NCBI GenBank assembly: GCA_025360605.1
Contig: JANYBV010000038.1
Coordinates: 12,449-76,448 of the forward strand
DNA from: Alphaproteobacteria bacterium
Lineage (GTDB): Bacteria > Pseudomonadota > Alphaproteobacteria > Rickettsiales > SXRF01
Length of the DNA stretch: 64,000 nucleotides
Direction of reading: 5' to 3'
In this document: one piece after another, positions 1 through 9,085 of the stretch
How the letters are laid out: every line of letters starts with the position of its first letter
How positions within the stretch are numbered: the stretch's first letter is position 1
The notes under the pieces: generated by a model
What the model was told of the DNA's origin: nothing
The model's input: the letters and a program-made list of their open reading frames with translations, nothing else
The model's database searches: none
Made by a program: the position numbers and the translations under genes

Positions 1-1154
1 TCGCGCGACTGGTTATCCATAACGGCACGTGCAACTTCCACATTGCCTATATGTGAGACAATAATTAACGCACCACGCGGATTATTCGCCATAATTCGTA
101 GCTGACTACCGGGCGCTTCCACTATGGACCCAGCCGGAATACAACCAAGCCATCCAATAAAACTATCTAACATACGCAAGGAAAAGGATTTGAAATGCTG
201 ATAACCATCGAAGAATGTCGCTGGCCGTTTTAACGCGCGGGACAAGAACTCATGCGAGGCAAAACGCTGCTTTTTACCCGTAAGATAAAAATACAAGACA
301 ATGGGGCTGATAACATATTCGCACGTCCTGCGACCTAAAAGGCGATACGATAAGGCACAGAATTTTAACCCTCCTAAAATACCTCTTTCTTTAAAACTAG
401 CCCAATGTGCACCAGAATCAATTTTAGAAGGCCGGTGGGATAAAATGGAAGGTAGGCGTAGCAGCATTGTAAAAACCAATCGCGTATGCATACAGGTAAT
501 GCGCCAATTATCCTTAAAAGTCTCAAAATTAGAAATATTGTTAGGGGGGTAATTAACTTGAACTGGCACCATCACTACTGACGTGCCGCGCCAGAATAAA
601 CGCACCATAATTTCTGGATCAAAATCCATGCGTCTTCCTAGAGTTTCCTGGGCCAATAGCAATTGGACAGCACCCAAAGGATAAATGCGGAAACCACACA
701 TGCTATCGGTAATAGTAAAGGATAATGTTTCAACCCATACCCATATATGCGTAAGCCAGCGGCCAAATTTTCGCGCTTTGGGCATAGATTCGTTATAAAC
801 GGGTTTACCGGTAATCAACGCTTCGGGATAACGTGTAGCAAGTGCAATCATCTGAGGGATAACCGTAAGATCATGTTGGCCGTCAGCATCGACTTGTAAA
901 GCATGGGTAAACCCAGCGTCGGACGCAAGCGAAAACCCCTTCATGACAGCAGCGCCCTTGCCTCCATTGATCTCCAATCGGTGGACAAAGACGCCATTGG
1001 CTTTATCATCTAGTTTTTGCAATTTCTCTTTAACGGGAGACTGATTTCCGTCATCAATCACAAATACAGGCAGTCCCGCTTGTTTCAAGCACTCAATAAC
1101 GCCGCCGATAGCGGTGATATGATTATAACTTGGAACAATGGCACAAATTTTCAT
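1..1154 (-). CDS. GT2 glycosyltransferase fused to a lipid-A-type (LpxL/HtrB-like) acyltransferase, ApeJ-like; C-terminus lies beyond the window start
   Basis: Minus-strand frame is open from ATG 1154 to the window edge, so it is absent from the ORF track (no stop in window). Hand translation MKICAIVPSYNHITAIGGVIECLKQAGLPVFVIDDGNQ...VDADGQHD is a GT-A/GT2 N-terminus. The second half (HWASFKERGILG...YFYLTGKKQRFASHEFL) resembles lauroyl/myristoyl-type acyltransferases. ATGA overlap with the upstream dehydratase stop. Confidence 0.75.
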   Translation of the reverse strand, partial: MKICAIVPSYNHITAIGGVIECLKQAGLPVFVIDDGNQSPVKEKLQKLDDKANGVFVHRLEINGGKGAAVMKGFSLASDAGFTHALQVDADGQHDLTVIPQMIALATRYPEALITGKPVYNESMPKARKFGRWLTHIWVWVETLSFTITDSMCGFRIYPLGAVQLLLAQETLGRRMDFDPEIMVRLFWRGTSVVMVPVQVNYPPNNISNFETFKDNWRITCMHTRLVFTMLLRLPSILSHRPSKIDSGAHWASFKERGILGGLKFCALSYRLLGRRTCEYVISPIVLYFYLTGKKQRFASHEFLSRALKRPATFFDGYQHFKSFSLRMLDSFIGWLGCIPAGSIVEAPGSQLRIMANNPRGALIIVSHIGNVEVARAVMDNQSR

Positions 1155-1495
1155 GCTGGTACCTTCAGCATGATTTCACCACGTGACATAATTTTTTCTT
1201 CTGAATAGTAGGTAAAATATAAGCGCTCTTGGACACGGTCGAACTTTAAGCGCAAGACGAGAGGAGTATCGGGAGCAATAATCTTATGGAACTTCACTTT
1301 GAAGTTCTGAGCAGCCCGTTTATCATTACCCAAATAAGCAGAAAAATGCATTGCCCAGTCCAATTGGGCCACCCCGGCTAAAATAGGGTACCCAGGAAAA
1401 TGCCCTTGAAAAATGTCATGATTTAGAGGAATCCCCAAATTAAAAACTCCTTCATCGCCATCAATATTCTGTGACTGGATTTCAGGTAATTTCAT
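1151..1495 (-). CDS. Hotdog-fold 3-hydroxyacyl-ACP dehydratase (FabZ/ApeI-like)
   Basis: 114 aa. HDIFQGHFPGYPILAGVAQLDW matches the FabA/FabZ catalytic-His region. 4-nt overlaps with both neighbouring genes. Confidence 0.8.
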   Translation of the reverse strand: MKLPEIQSQNIDGDEGVFNLGIPLNHDIFQGHFPGYPILAGVAQLDWAMHFSAYLGNDKRAAQNFKVKFHKIIAPDTPLVLRLKFDRVQERLYFTYYSEEKIMSRGEIMLKVPA

Positions 1496-2790
1496 ACTGC
1501 TTCCTCAAATAATTTGAGTAGCTCTGCTCGATTTACTTTACCCATGGCATGAGTAGGAATGGCATCGACAAAGCGCCACATACGAGGAATTGCCATGGGT
1601 TCCAGGACACTTGCAAGAACTTGGCGTAGTCCACTGCAAAAACGGAATTTTCCTTTCTTGGCTAACAGTGCCTTACCTTCTGGCGTCAGTATTACTACGC
1701 TTACAAGTTTTGGGGAATCACCTGATAAGGTAAATACGATTGCACTTTCCACTTCATTTAATGTGAGGAGTGCATGCTCAACCTCTATAAAACTTATGCG
1801 CTTACCTTCAATTTTACCTATACGATCGGCGCGCCCTAAAAAACGAAATCCTTTTGCTTGAAGTTCGATGCGATCATCGGTGATAAAAATATCTTCGCCA
1901 ATTGCAGGTGAGCGCACTAACATCACGTTATTATCATTTGTAGAAATTGTGATGCCAGGTAAAGGCTGCCAAAGCCCCCCTCCTTGACGTGAAGCTATGG
2001 CACCTGTTTCTGTACTGCCAAAAATTTCACTAGGAAGGCAGCCAAAAACCCCTTCACTTTGTTTGCTCGCATCCAAAGGAAGTACAGAACCTGCCGAAAA
2101 AATCTGGATAGGATATTGCGACGGATATAACGAATTAATCCCGCCAAGGCGCGTTAAATGCGCTGGGCTCGTTATAATAACCGCTTCTGGAGTCAACACC
2201 GGCATAAGAGTTTCCCAGAAGCTATAGGTGCTTGTAGAAAACATCCTGCCACTGGCTAATGGCCAAAGCAACTTGAACATAAGACCATATAGATGCTGGT
2301 GTGCAACGGTTGCAAAAATCGGTCCTTGTCGTAATTTCAATGCTGCATTTAAACAGGTGATCTCATTTTCCAGCATCTGCAAATTTTTTCGGATAATTTT
2401 GGGCTGGCCACTCGAACCAGAAGTAAAAAATTCAAAACACAGGCGCAACGGATCTAATCCAGATAGTATGGCTGTTTCATGCGTAGGCTTAGATATAAAC
2501 TCATCATCAACACAACAATCGTACTCTAGCTTTTCCAGTAGCGAAGGTTGATTATTTGCAGGTAAAACAATAACAGCGTTTGTTTGTAACAGCGCATACA
2601 TGCCAACAAGGAAATGGTAACTGTCAGCACACAAGAGCAAAACACGTTTAGTATTCTTTAAATGCGGCACAATCCTCATCACATCGGAACGAAACTGTGC
2701 AAATAAGATAGTTTTTCCATCGCACAGAGCGATCGGATGCGAAGAATCGCGGGGTTCTGTCCAGATATGCGATAATGCCACAAGACTCAT
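1492..2790 (-). CDS. Adenylate-forming (AMP-dependent) ligase, ApeH-like starter-activating enzyme
   Basis: ANL-superfamily motifs FTSGSSGQPK, GSTETG and GRADRIGKIEGKR. I place the start at ATG 2790 (MSLVALSHIW), which makes an ATGA overlap with the upstream stop, rather than at the track start 2877. Confidence 0.8.
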   Translation of the reverse strand: MSLVALSHIWTEPRDSSHPIALCDGKTILFAQFRSDVMRIVPHLKNTKRVLLLCADSYHFLVGMYALLQTNAVIVLPANNQPSLLEKLEYDCCVDDEFISKPTHETAILSGLDPLRLCFEFFTSGSSGQPKIIRKNLQMLENEITCLNAALKLRQGPIFATVAHQHLYGLMFKLLWPLASGRMFSTSTYSFWETLMPVLTPEAVIITSPAHLTRLGGINSLYPSQYPIQIFSAGSVLPLDASKQSEGVFGCLPSEIFGSTETGAIASRQGGGLWQPLPGITISTNDNNVMLVRSPAIGEDIFITDDRIELQAKGFRFLGRADRIGKIEGKRISFIEVEHALLTLNEVESAIVFTLSGDSPKLVSVVILTPEGKALLAKKGKFRFCSGLRQVLASVLEPMAIPRMWRFVDAIPTHAMGKVNRAELLKLFEEAV

Positions 2791-3350
2791 CGCATAACCT
2801 TCCTGCGCACCATATATTCCGCAGCAAATAAAATGCCCATAGCAAGATAGGAAAGAAGCCCATTCCATAAGGTCCATTGATCAAGGCTGCCCCATAGGGC
2901 AGTTACAGCAGAAATGGCGGCATTAATCAGCAAGAACCCAACCCAAATTATCGTTACCTTGCGAGTATAGGCAACACCCTCAGGCGGCAAGTCAGCTCTG
3001 GTTATTCTTGCTATACGTTCGATAATTGTTGGGGGATAAACCAATGAATATGTAAATATTATTGCAAATGTAAGGCTTACTATTATTGGATAGGCTTTTA
3101 CTGCCAGGGCCGCATTAAGTCCCATGATCAGAATGAATACCAATCCTGCGAGCGCGAAAGTGCGTAGGGCAACATCATAAGCAGGCATTTGTCGCAGGCT
3201 GAAAAGGCGCAGGCCAATGAGAAGAATTGCAAAAAGTGCAATTATATACGGCGAAACGCTATTAATATAGCGATAGACAATGAAGGGATAGATAAGTGTT
3301 CCCACAAAAACAAAAACTAGCGATGGGTTAAAACTACGCTGGCCTTTCAT
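2787..3350 (-). CDS. Polytopic membrane protein (COG4648/ApeG-like by position)
   Basis: 187 aa with several hydrophobic segments. It sits between the tandem ACPs and the ligase, as in described APE clusters. Confidence 0.6.
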   Translation of the reverse strand: MKGQRSFNPSLVFVFVGTLIYPFIVYRYINSVSPYIIALFAILLIGLRLFSLRQMPAYDVALRTFALAGLVFILIMGLNAALAVKAYPIIVSLTFAIIFTYSLVYPPTIIERIARITRADLPPEGVAYTRKVTIIWVGFLLINAAISAVTALWGSLDQWTLWNGLLSYLAMGILFAAEYMVRRKVMR

Positions 3351-3597
3351 CGGCCAGCAGTTTTTTTATGCAGCTTACGATATCACCTACGGTACGCACT
3401 GTTTTAAAATCTTCAGGGTTCACACGCTTTCCCGTCAAATTTTGCAACTGCACAACAAGATCAATTGCATCAATGCTATCTAAATCCAACTCTTCGTACA
3501 GCCGCGCTTCAGGCGTCACTTTTTCCGGTTGGATATCAAATAATTCCTGAAAAATACTGGTCAGTTTTTGTAAGATTGATTCGTCAGTATTTATCAT
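3334..3597 (-). CDS. Acyl carrier protein
   Basis: 87 aa. LDLDSIDAIDL phosphopantetheine-attachment serine motif. Confidence 0.85.
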   Translation of the reverse strand: MINTDESILQKLTSIFQELFDIQPEKVTPEARLYEELDLDSIDAIDLVVQLQNLTGKRVNPEDFKTVRTVGDIVSCIKKLLADERPA

Positions 3598-3857
3598 GGC
3601 TGACCACGCTGCGCAGTAATGAATAAAGCAAGATTATGGATGCTATGAAAATGGACTTTGATTTCATTACTAACGCGCTCGATTTTGATATTGTAACGTT
3701 GGCGCAGTGCTACACCAAGTTCAAGTGCGTCAATGGAATCAAGTCCTAGGCCATCGCCAAAAAGTGGTTCATTGCTGTCGATTTGTTCGGGAGTAATATC
3801 CTCGAGTTTCAAAACATCAATTACTAAAGCTTTTAATTCCCGTTCGAGATCATTCAT
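3594..3857 (-). CDS. Acyl carrier protein
   Basis: 87 aa. LGLDSIDALEL serine motif. 4-nt overlap with the second ACP gene. Confidence 0.85.
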   Translation of the reverse strand: MNDLERELKALVIDVLKLEDITPEQIDSNEPLFGDGLGLDSIDALELGVALRQRYNIKIERVSNEIKVHFHSIHNLALFITAQRGQP

Positions 3858-4614
3858 TTCGTAGTTTTTCTGCGTAAAAGAGTTCCATCGATTTGGTCAA
3901 TTTACGAGCAATTAAGCTTCGATTTTCAGTGTTATACAAAAGATAAGTATCAGTTTCCAGACATTCATTAACAAATAGTCGAAAATGAGGGGTTTGTTCA
4001 GTTATATGCCACCATGGTTCACCTTTAAAAAGGGTTGGGGGGTCACAATGGATCACAACCGGTTGTATTTTCGAGGATGTTAGCATAGCAATATTGGAAA
4101 ATCCGCGTTGAAAATGTGGTAATGCATTAGGTCTAGTGCGGGTTCCTTCAGGGAATACAATTAAAAGTTGCCCACTATCCATGGCAGTTTTACATCGCTC
4201 CAGCATTTTTTCAGGCGGCAAATCGTTAGGGATATAACCGGCGCTTCGCATGAGAAAACCGAGATAGCGATGATCCCATAACTGATGTTTTACAATACAT
4301 TGCACCTTTGGTATCAGTGACATCAATATGACGACATCCAGTAATGATGGGTGATTAGCTATTACCATCCGCCCCGGGCCAGCAAATTTTTCAGCACCAT
4401 TGATTTCAAGGCGAATCATCCCACACACCAGCAAGACACGCAGATAAGCTTTGAAGGAATAGTGAATAAAGCGCTGCGTCCTATCAATTGAAGGCCCTCC
4501 CACCAACCCAGCTATGGGTATTATAACCACGGCCAAAACACCGCCGCCAAAAAAAATAAATAGCAGGGCCACACCCTTAACGCACATTTGCCAAAAATAT
4601 TTAAATGGGTTCAT
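3850..4614 (-). CDS. Lysophospholipid (1-acyl-sn-glycerol-3-phosphate-type) acyltransferase, ApeD-like
   Basis: 254 aa. N-terminal TM segment, NHPSLLD (HX4D) and FPEGTRT motifs. Confidence 0.85.
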   Translation of the reverse strand: MNPFKYFWQMCVKGVALLFIFFGGGVLAVVIIPIAGLVGGPSIDRTQRFIHYSFKAYLRVLLVCGMIRLEINGAEKFAGPGRMVIANHPSLLDVVILMSLIPKVQCIVKHQLWDHRYLGFLMRSAGYIPNDLPPEKMLERCKTAMDSGQLLIVFPEGTRTRPNALPHFQRGFSNIAMLTSSKIQPVVIHCDPPTLFKGEPWWHITEQTPHFRLFVNECLETDTYLLYNTENRSLIARKLTKSMELFYAEKLRNE

Positions 4615-5285
4615 CGCCTAGCCCATTTGCATTGTAATGTACCGCCTATAGAGAGTGCCTGCGCAGAATCGCTGGTTATAAACTTTAGGAAATCAACGGC
4701 GTAATGCGATGGAAGAGTAGAATCCGGCGATTTTTCTATGGATAACTCTATTTCTTCCCCTTCGCCATTATTTGCAATCAACATAGAGATAACGACGGGC
4801 ATGTCCCCCACTTCATTAAAATGAGCATAAGGTTCAGGCAGGATATCGTCACAATGCAGGAACAATACTGGCTTATCTGCGTTTTCGCGTAAGTGACTCA
4901 ATGCTTCAAGTAGGCCATAGCAGAAGCTTTCAGGGCCACCTGCAATGGCAGTATGTCCTTGGTGATTCTTTTGAGCAATTGAGAGTAATCCTACCAACCC
5001 ATGGTGAACCGATAGGCTAAAATCTGTCGGAGAAACGGCATCTTCACGTGCTAATGAATCAAGCAGTGATACCGTGCGACAAAATTCGCCGTGACGAGAG
5101 GAAAATATGAGGTTGATTTCTCCCGATTGCACAAGGTTCCATGCGCTTTGTAACGTCTTCTGACCTAAAGGACTTACTCTCCGCCGCAGTGATACCGGTG
5201 CAAAATTATCTGAAGATGCGCCTTTTACCTCGCCATCCCATGCGGCCCAATTATGTAAACGAAAGCGCATCGGCTCGAGCTGCAT
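4611..5285 (-). CDS. Beta-ketoacyl-synthase N-terminal-like domain protein (chain-length-factor-like, ApeC-like)
   Basis: 224 aa. It resembles the short KS-like proteins found at this position of APE clusters (RFRLHNWAAW..., SPTDFSLSVHHG). This is a family call from memory, not searched. Confidence 0.65.
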   Translation of the reverse strand: MQLEPMRFRLHNWAAWDGEVKGASSDNFAPVSLRRRVSPLGQKTLQSAWNLVQSGEINLIFSSRHGEFCRTVSLLDSLAREDAVSPTDFSLSVHHGLVGLLSIAQKNHQGHTAIAGGPESFCYGLLEALSHLRENADKPVLFLHCDDILPEPYAHFNEVGDMPVVISMLIANNGEGEEIELSIEKSPDSTLPSHYAVDFLKFITSDSAQALSIGGTLQCKWARR

Positions 5286-5686
5286 TATTCCGCTAAAGAA
5301 AGTCTTTTGTCGATTTCATCACGTAGTTGTTTGACATAAGTATTGTATTTCCGATGAATTTTTCCGTCTTTTTCTCTTAAATTGTCGGATGAATCAAGCT
5401 CAATACTGTATTCTGTTTTGGAGTAATAGATGTATGAAATAGCTGAATGACTCTGCCATTCGATGGTAGCATGCAATTCACCCGGTTTCACTTTTTCAAC
5501 TACCCAACCTTTAGCAACTGCAGCCTGAATAATAATTTTCCCAATTTGTTCTTGAGTATATTTATCCTGAATGCTTTTGTTTATGGGATTATCCGTCACA
5601 TCATAAACTGGTTCTGTACGGTGACACCCCGCAAGCAGAAATACTATCGTCACAATGGCTGCTACGGTGGTAAATCGTGAACTCAT
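5285..5686 (-). CDS. Lipoprotein, unknown function
   Basis: 133 aa. Signal peptide with lipobox LLAGC. TAATG stop/start overlap with the downstream KS-like gene. Confidence 0.7.
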   Translation of the reverse strand: MSSRFTTVAAIVTIVFLLAGCHRTEPVYDVTDNPINKSIQDKYTQEQIGKIIIQAAVAKGWVVEKVKPGELHATIEWQSHSAISYIYYSKTEYSIELDSSDNLREKDGKIHRKYNTYVKQLRDEIDKRLSLAE

Positions 5687-5757
5687 AAGTCATCCTTTTC
5701 GTTAACGTCCAATAAAATTGGTTTATCATAGTCTAAATTTAAGTATAAAAGCAAATA

Positions 5758-6360
5758 ATGGTTTATTTAAAGCTACTTGCTCATAAAACCGCAGAAGCGG
5801 AGGATGCTCTGATACGCTTTGCGATGCCTGATGATCATCAGGAAGCAAAAAGCAGGAAAACTATCCGTAGCCGAGATAATTTTTTATTAGCCAGGGCGGC
5901 GATACGCTCGTTACTTTATGATTTTACCGGAATAAAGAATTGGCAGTTTTATACAGATACTGAAGGTAAACCATATATTGCCAATGAAGGCTGTGCTGGA
6001 CCAGCTATTTCAATTTCACATAGTAACGGGTGGGTCGCTTGCGCCTTATCTGAGCAAGGGACAATAGGAATCGATATTGAATATTGGAAGTTACGGGATT
6101 TCAACAAATTTTCACATTATGCTTTCGGCCCTGATGAATGCAGGGCAATAGAGCGTGGCGGTACAGCTGCCTTTTATCGCATCTGGACATTGCGCGAAGC
6201 AAAAGCGAAGGCTACCGGCGAAAGCTTGCTACGTGGAATGAACGGAAAAGATGTAGTTACTTATTTTGGCAGCGACGAAAAATGGATATGTGATGGCTGG
6301 CATTTTACCTATCTTACCCCTCATCAAGATTATAGTTTAGCTGTGGCAATGTATGAGTAA
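5758..6360 (+). CDS. 4'-phosphopantetheinyl transferase, Sfp/EntD type
   Basis: 200 aa. GIDIEY and WTLREAKAKATG motifs. Transcribed divergently from the ACP-containing operon. Confidence 0.8.
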   Translation: MVYLKLLAHKTAEAEDALIRFAMPDDHQEAKSRKTIRSRDNFLLARAAIRSLLYDFTGIKNWQFYTDTEGKPYIANEGCAGPAISISHSNGWVACALSEQGTIGIDIEYWKLRDFNKFSHYAFGPDECRAIERGGTAAFYRIWTLREAKAKATGESLLRGMNGKDVVTYFGSDEKWICDGWHFTYLTPHQDYSLAVAMYE

Positions 6361-6491
6361 GGTGTGCGTGGCTTAAATGGTAAGGCGACTGAACGTGGTG
6401 GGCAATTTCATCGCTGACTTTTCTGGCTTAAAAATTGCCAAGGAAAAAATTCCTGCGCCTTTGAAAGATTAAAAACCGGCGCTGTCATTTT

Positions 6492-7538
6492 TTAAACTTC
6501 TGTAAAACCCAATTTATACATGTGAGTCGCTTCTTCCTCGGTTACCTCTATAATCTCGCTCTGCCAACGGTTGAAAGTGCGGCCTTTTATTGTTGAAATA
6601 GCACCTGCAAATTTCTCAGGGAATTTAAGACGTACATTGGGTATATCTTTATCATATTCCCCCGCAGCAAGCCTTCTATAATATTCAATTATTCCGGCGC
6701 CAGGCATCGGCGTCCTCATCCATGCCAGCGCTTGCGTTGTTGAGTCGACCTGATCGTCATGCTTGCCCCCGGGGAAAGTGGTCAGCTCGTGAACATAATC
6801 AGCAAGCCAGTGACCCTCGGTCGGAAGCAGGACAAGACCGTTTTCAAAGGCTGCTGTCTGTCCATGTAGGCGCATGATTTTATCGCAGGCTGGGGGTTCG
6901 TAGCGCGTGACACCAGATACATTCTCCAGGGTCAATTCCTGAATCAATTGGGTGCCGGATGCCTTATCTTCAATTACAACGGCGCTGGCTCGATGAATCA
7001 ACGCCTGTTCTTTCACCGCGCGCTTTAGATCAGGATATTCCATGCGTCGACGGAATACATGCAGCAGATAAAAATGATTATCCTTCTCGCCCCAAGTGGT
7101 GCAAACGCTGAAGTCATTCAGCTCGCCGGCCTTATTGGCAGTATCCCAGCTTTGGACAATGCGCTCAAAACTAGCCGGTCGTTCTTCGGGCACATAATAA
7201 CGAAGCCACTCTTTCTTGACCATGGCGCCGCCTTGTGGGGCCGGGTTCTGCTGATATTGGGACGTGAAATCATATTGACCCATGGTTTGACGCATGACCG
7301 CCAGCGCGGCTAAAGATTCGCGCTCGGAATGCAGGGCCTCACCGGTACGGCGACAATGGCGGTAGCTGCCTAGCGGTGACTCTATAAGATATTCTTCGTC
7401 CTGCTCAGCGATAGCCGGTAGCGACAGCACCTCCCACCCCTCCTGCTCAAGCACATGGCCAACCAGATCGTCCTGGTGCAGGCGTTGCATCACGATAATG
7501 ATGCAACCATTTGCTTTGTTATCCAACCTGCTGAGCAA
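6492..7538 (-). pseudogene. Phage terminase large subunit, 5'-truncated: nuclease/C-terminal part plus the Walker-B-like region only
   Basis: The frame starts at a TTG just upstream of IIIVMQRLHQDDLVGH (the terminase ATPase coupling/Walker-B-like motif). No Walker-A region is present. In-frame sequence further upstream (to a stop at about 7629) does not look terminase-like. Confidence 0.7.
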
Positions 7539-7547
7539 TGTGTTGTC

Positions 7548-7895
7548 ATTCCGATGCAGATGAAACGGCGCGGGATCGAGATGCGATTGGTAATAGGAAA
7601 TAGTAGTCCAGCAAGAAAAGATCCGGCATTAATCAATAGCATCATCAAAGCGCGTGGATGGTTTAACGAATTGTTGTCCGGACGTGTGGCAACCCTCACA
7701 CAGATAGCATCCCGCGATGGCATTGATCTGGGCACACTTAGCCGTATGCTGAATCTTGCATTTCTTGCCCCAGAGATAATAGAAGTTATTGTGGTAGGGC
7801 AGCACCCCGCAGACCTCACCATCGAAAAGCTGACCAAAAAAATAGAGCTACCTACGGACTGGGCGGAACAGAAGCGCCTGTTGGGTTGCGCATAA
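7548..7895 (+). pseudogene. Serine-recombinase-family C-terminal fragment (catalytic N-terminal domain missing)
   Basis: The tail ...LAFLAPEIIEVIVVGQHPADLTIEKLTKKIELPTDWAEQKRLLG matches, from memory, the conserved C-terminus of alphaproteobacterial recombinase-family proteins. The upstream part of the ORF is antisense to the terminase fragment. Confidence 0.55.
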
Positions 7896-8059
7896 ATCTT
7901 GAGTCTTGACCACCGAAATACCCGACAGAGAAAATACCTGAAATCATAGCCTTAATCTGCTTCCGTGTAGGTTCTCTGGTCAAACCTGCCTGCTCGATCT
8001 CGCCAGCCGCGCCACACAGCGGGCATACCCTGCAAAATATCTCTGCCATTGGAATTAAT

Positions 8060-8135
8060 GGTGGGGGGTGAGGGACTTGAACCCACGACCAAGGCGTTAT
8101 GAGCGCCCTGCTCTAACCACTGAGCTAACCCCCCT
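8060..8135 (-). tRNA. tRNA with CAU anticodon (elongator tRNA-Met type, or tRNA-Ile2), CCA encoded
   Basis: Hand-folded cloverleaf GGGGGGT TA GCTC AGTGGTTA GAGC A GGGCG CTCATAA CGCCT TGGTC GTGGG TTCAAGT CCCTC ACCCCCC ACCA. The G1:C72 pair argues against an initiator. Confidence 0.9.
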
Positions 8136-8322
8136 TTTTAAGCTTTGTACCGATAGGGATTCCGGTTATAATCGGTAGATGCACGGTATACAAGCCCAGA
8201 AATCCATCGCATAACAAATTGAATTTTAATTATATTACCACATATCTGGCCCCCAAAGACTTTCTCGTTGCATTATCAGGCATAGTACACTAAAAAGTAC
8301 CCCCTTACATTTGGAGAGAGTT

Positions 8323-8586
8323 ATGAAAGAAGGCATTCACCCTGATTACCACCACATCACCATCGTGATGTCTGATGGTGTACGTTACGAAACACGCTCA
8401 ACTTGGGGCAAAGAAGGCGATGTTCTTCAGCTCGATGTTGATCCTAAGACACATCCGGCTTGGGTAGGTGGTATCAACCTGCGCAAAACCAGCCAGATGG
8501 AAAAATTCCAGAACAAATTTGCGGCGTTCGCTTCAGCGACCACTGGCGCAAAAAAAGAAGAGAAAAAAGAAGAGAAAAAGGACTAA
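8323..8586 (+). CDS. rpmE: 50S ribosomal protein L31 (Cys-less type) with KE-rich C-terminal tail
   Basis: [35 protein letters not shown] Shine-Dalgarno upstream of ATG 8323. Confidence 0.9.
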   Translation: MKEGIHPDYHHITIVMSDGVRYETRSTWGKEGDVLQLDVDPKTHPAWVGGINLRKTSQMEKFQNKFAAFASATTGAKKEEKKEEKKD

Positions 8587-8609
8587 TTGTTCTGAGATAT
8601 TTGGAAAAA

Positions 8610-8636
8610 GGCGGGCTACATGCTCGCCTTTTTTAT
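8610..8636 (+). terminator. Rho-independent terminator after rpmE
   Basis: GGCGGGC-TACAT-GCTCGCC stem (one G:U pair) followed by TTTTTTATT. Confidence 0.5.
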
Positions 8637-8653
8637 TGCGGAAAATTCATGGA

Positions 8654-8947
8654 TTATACGCAGAGAGCTTCATAACTTGTCGCCATCAACTGACGGCGCT
8701 GCAGGAAAAGCTTAAGCGCCTCCTCCAGTTTTGGCCACGAGACGCCAGTCTCGCCATCGAACTGCTGGTTGGCAATGCTGAACACCTCCATGGCATCCTC
8801 ATCACTAATGCGCGGCAGCTCCAACTGTTCACACATAAAATGCACATCATCGACATGCCACAAATTATCGACGAAATATCCGCATAGTTTCAGAAGCTCT
8901 CTGGCCGCCTCTATAATCTTAGTCGATGCAATACTCATACTTAACAC
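8654..8947 (-). CDS. Hypothetical protein
   Basis: 97-aa ORF with no recognisable motif. It occupies the otherwise empty interval between rpmE and dnaK. Confidence 0.45.
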   Translation of the reverse strand: MLSMSIASTKIIEAARELLKLCGYFVDNLWHVDDVHFMCEQLELPRISDEDAMEVFSIANQQFDGETGVSWPKLEEALKLFLQRRQLMATSYEALCV

Positions 8948-9085
8948 CTCATTAACGAAATTAACACCGCTGTTAATAATAGTTAATAATTAAATAAAGG
9001 TTAATTTATCGCCCTGTGTATTCTTTTATATTGATATATTTTTCCACATGTTGGTTACTATAGTTACCTACGACATGGCCGCCCC

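Noticed and set aside
301-1208. Plus-strand ORFs 301-552 and 1017-1208
   Set aside because: They are antisense to the uninterrupted GT2::acyltransferase frame, which has clear motifs and operon coupling.
7852-8049. 65-aa minus-strand ORF next to tRNA-Met; considered as an integrase or excisionase remnant
   Set aside because: No integrase or AlpA-like motif is recognisable. It probably lies in degraded non-coding sequence of the element scar. I cannot exclude a remnant without a BLASTX search.
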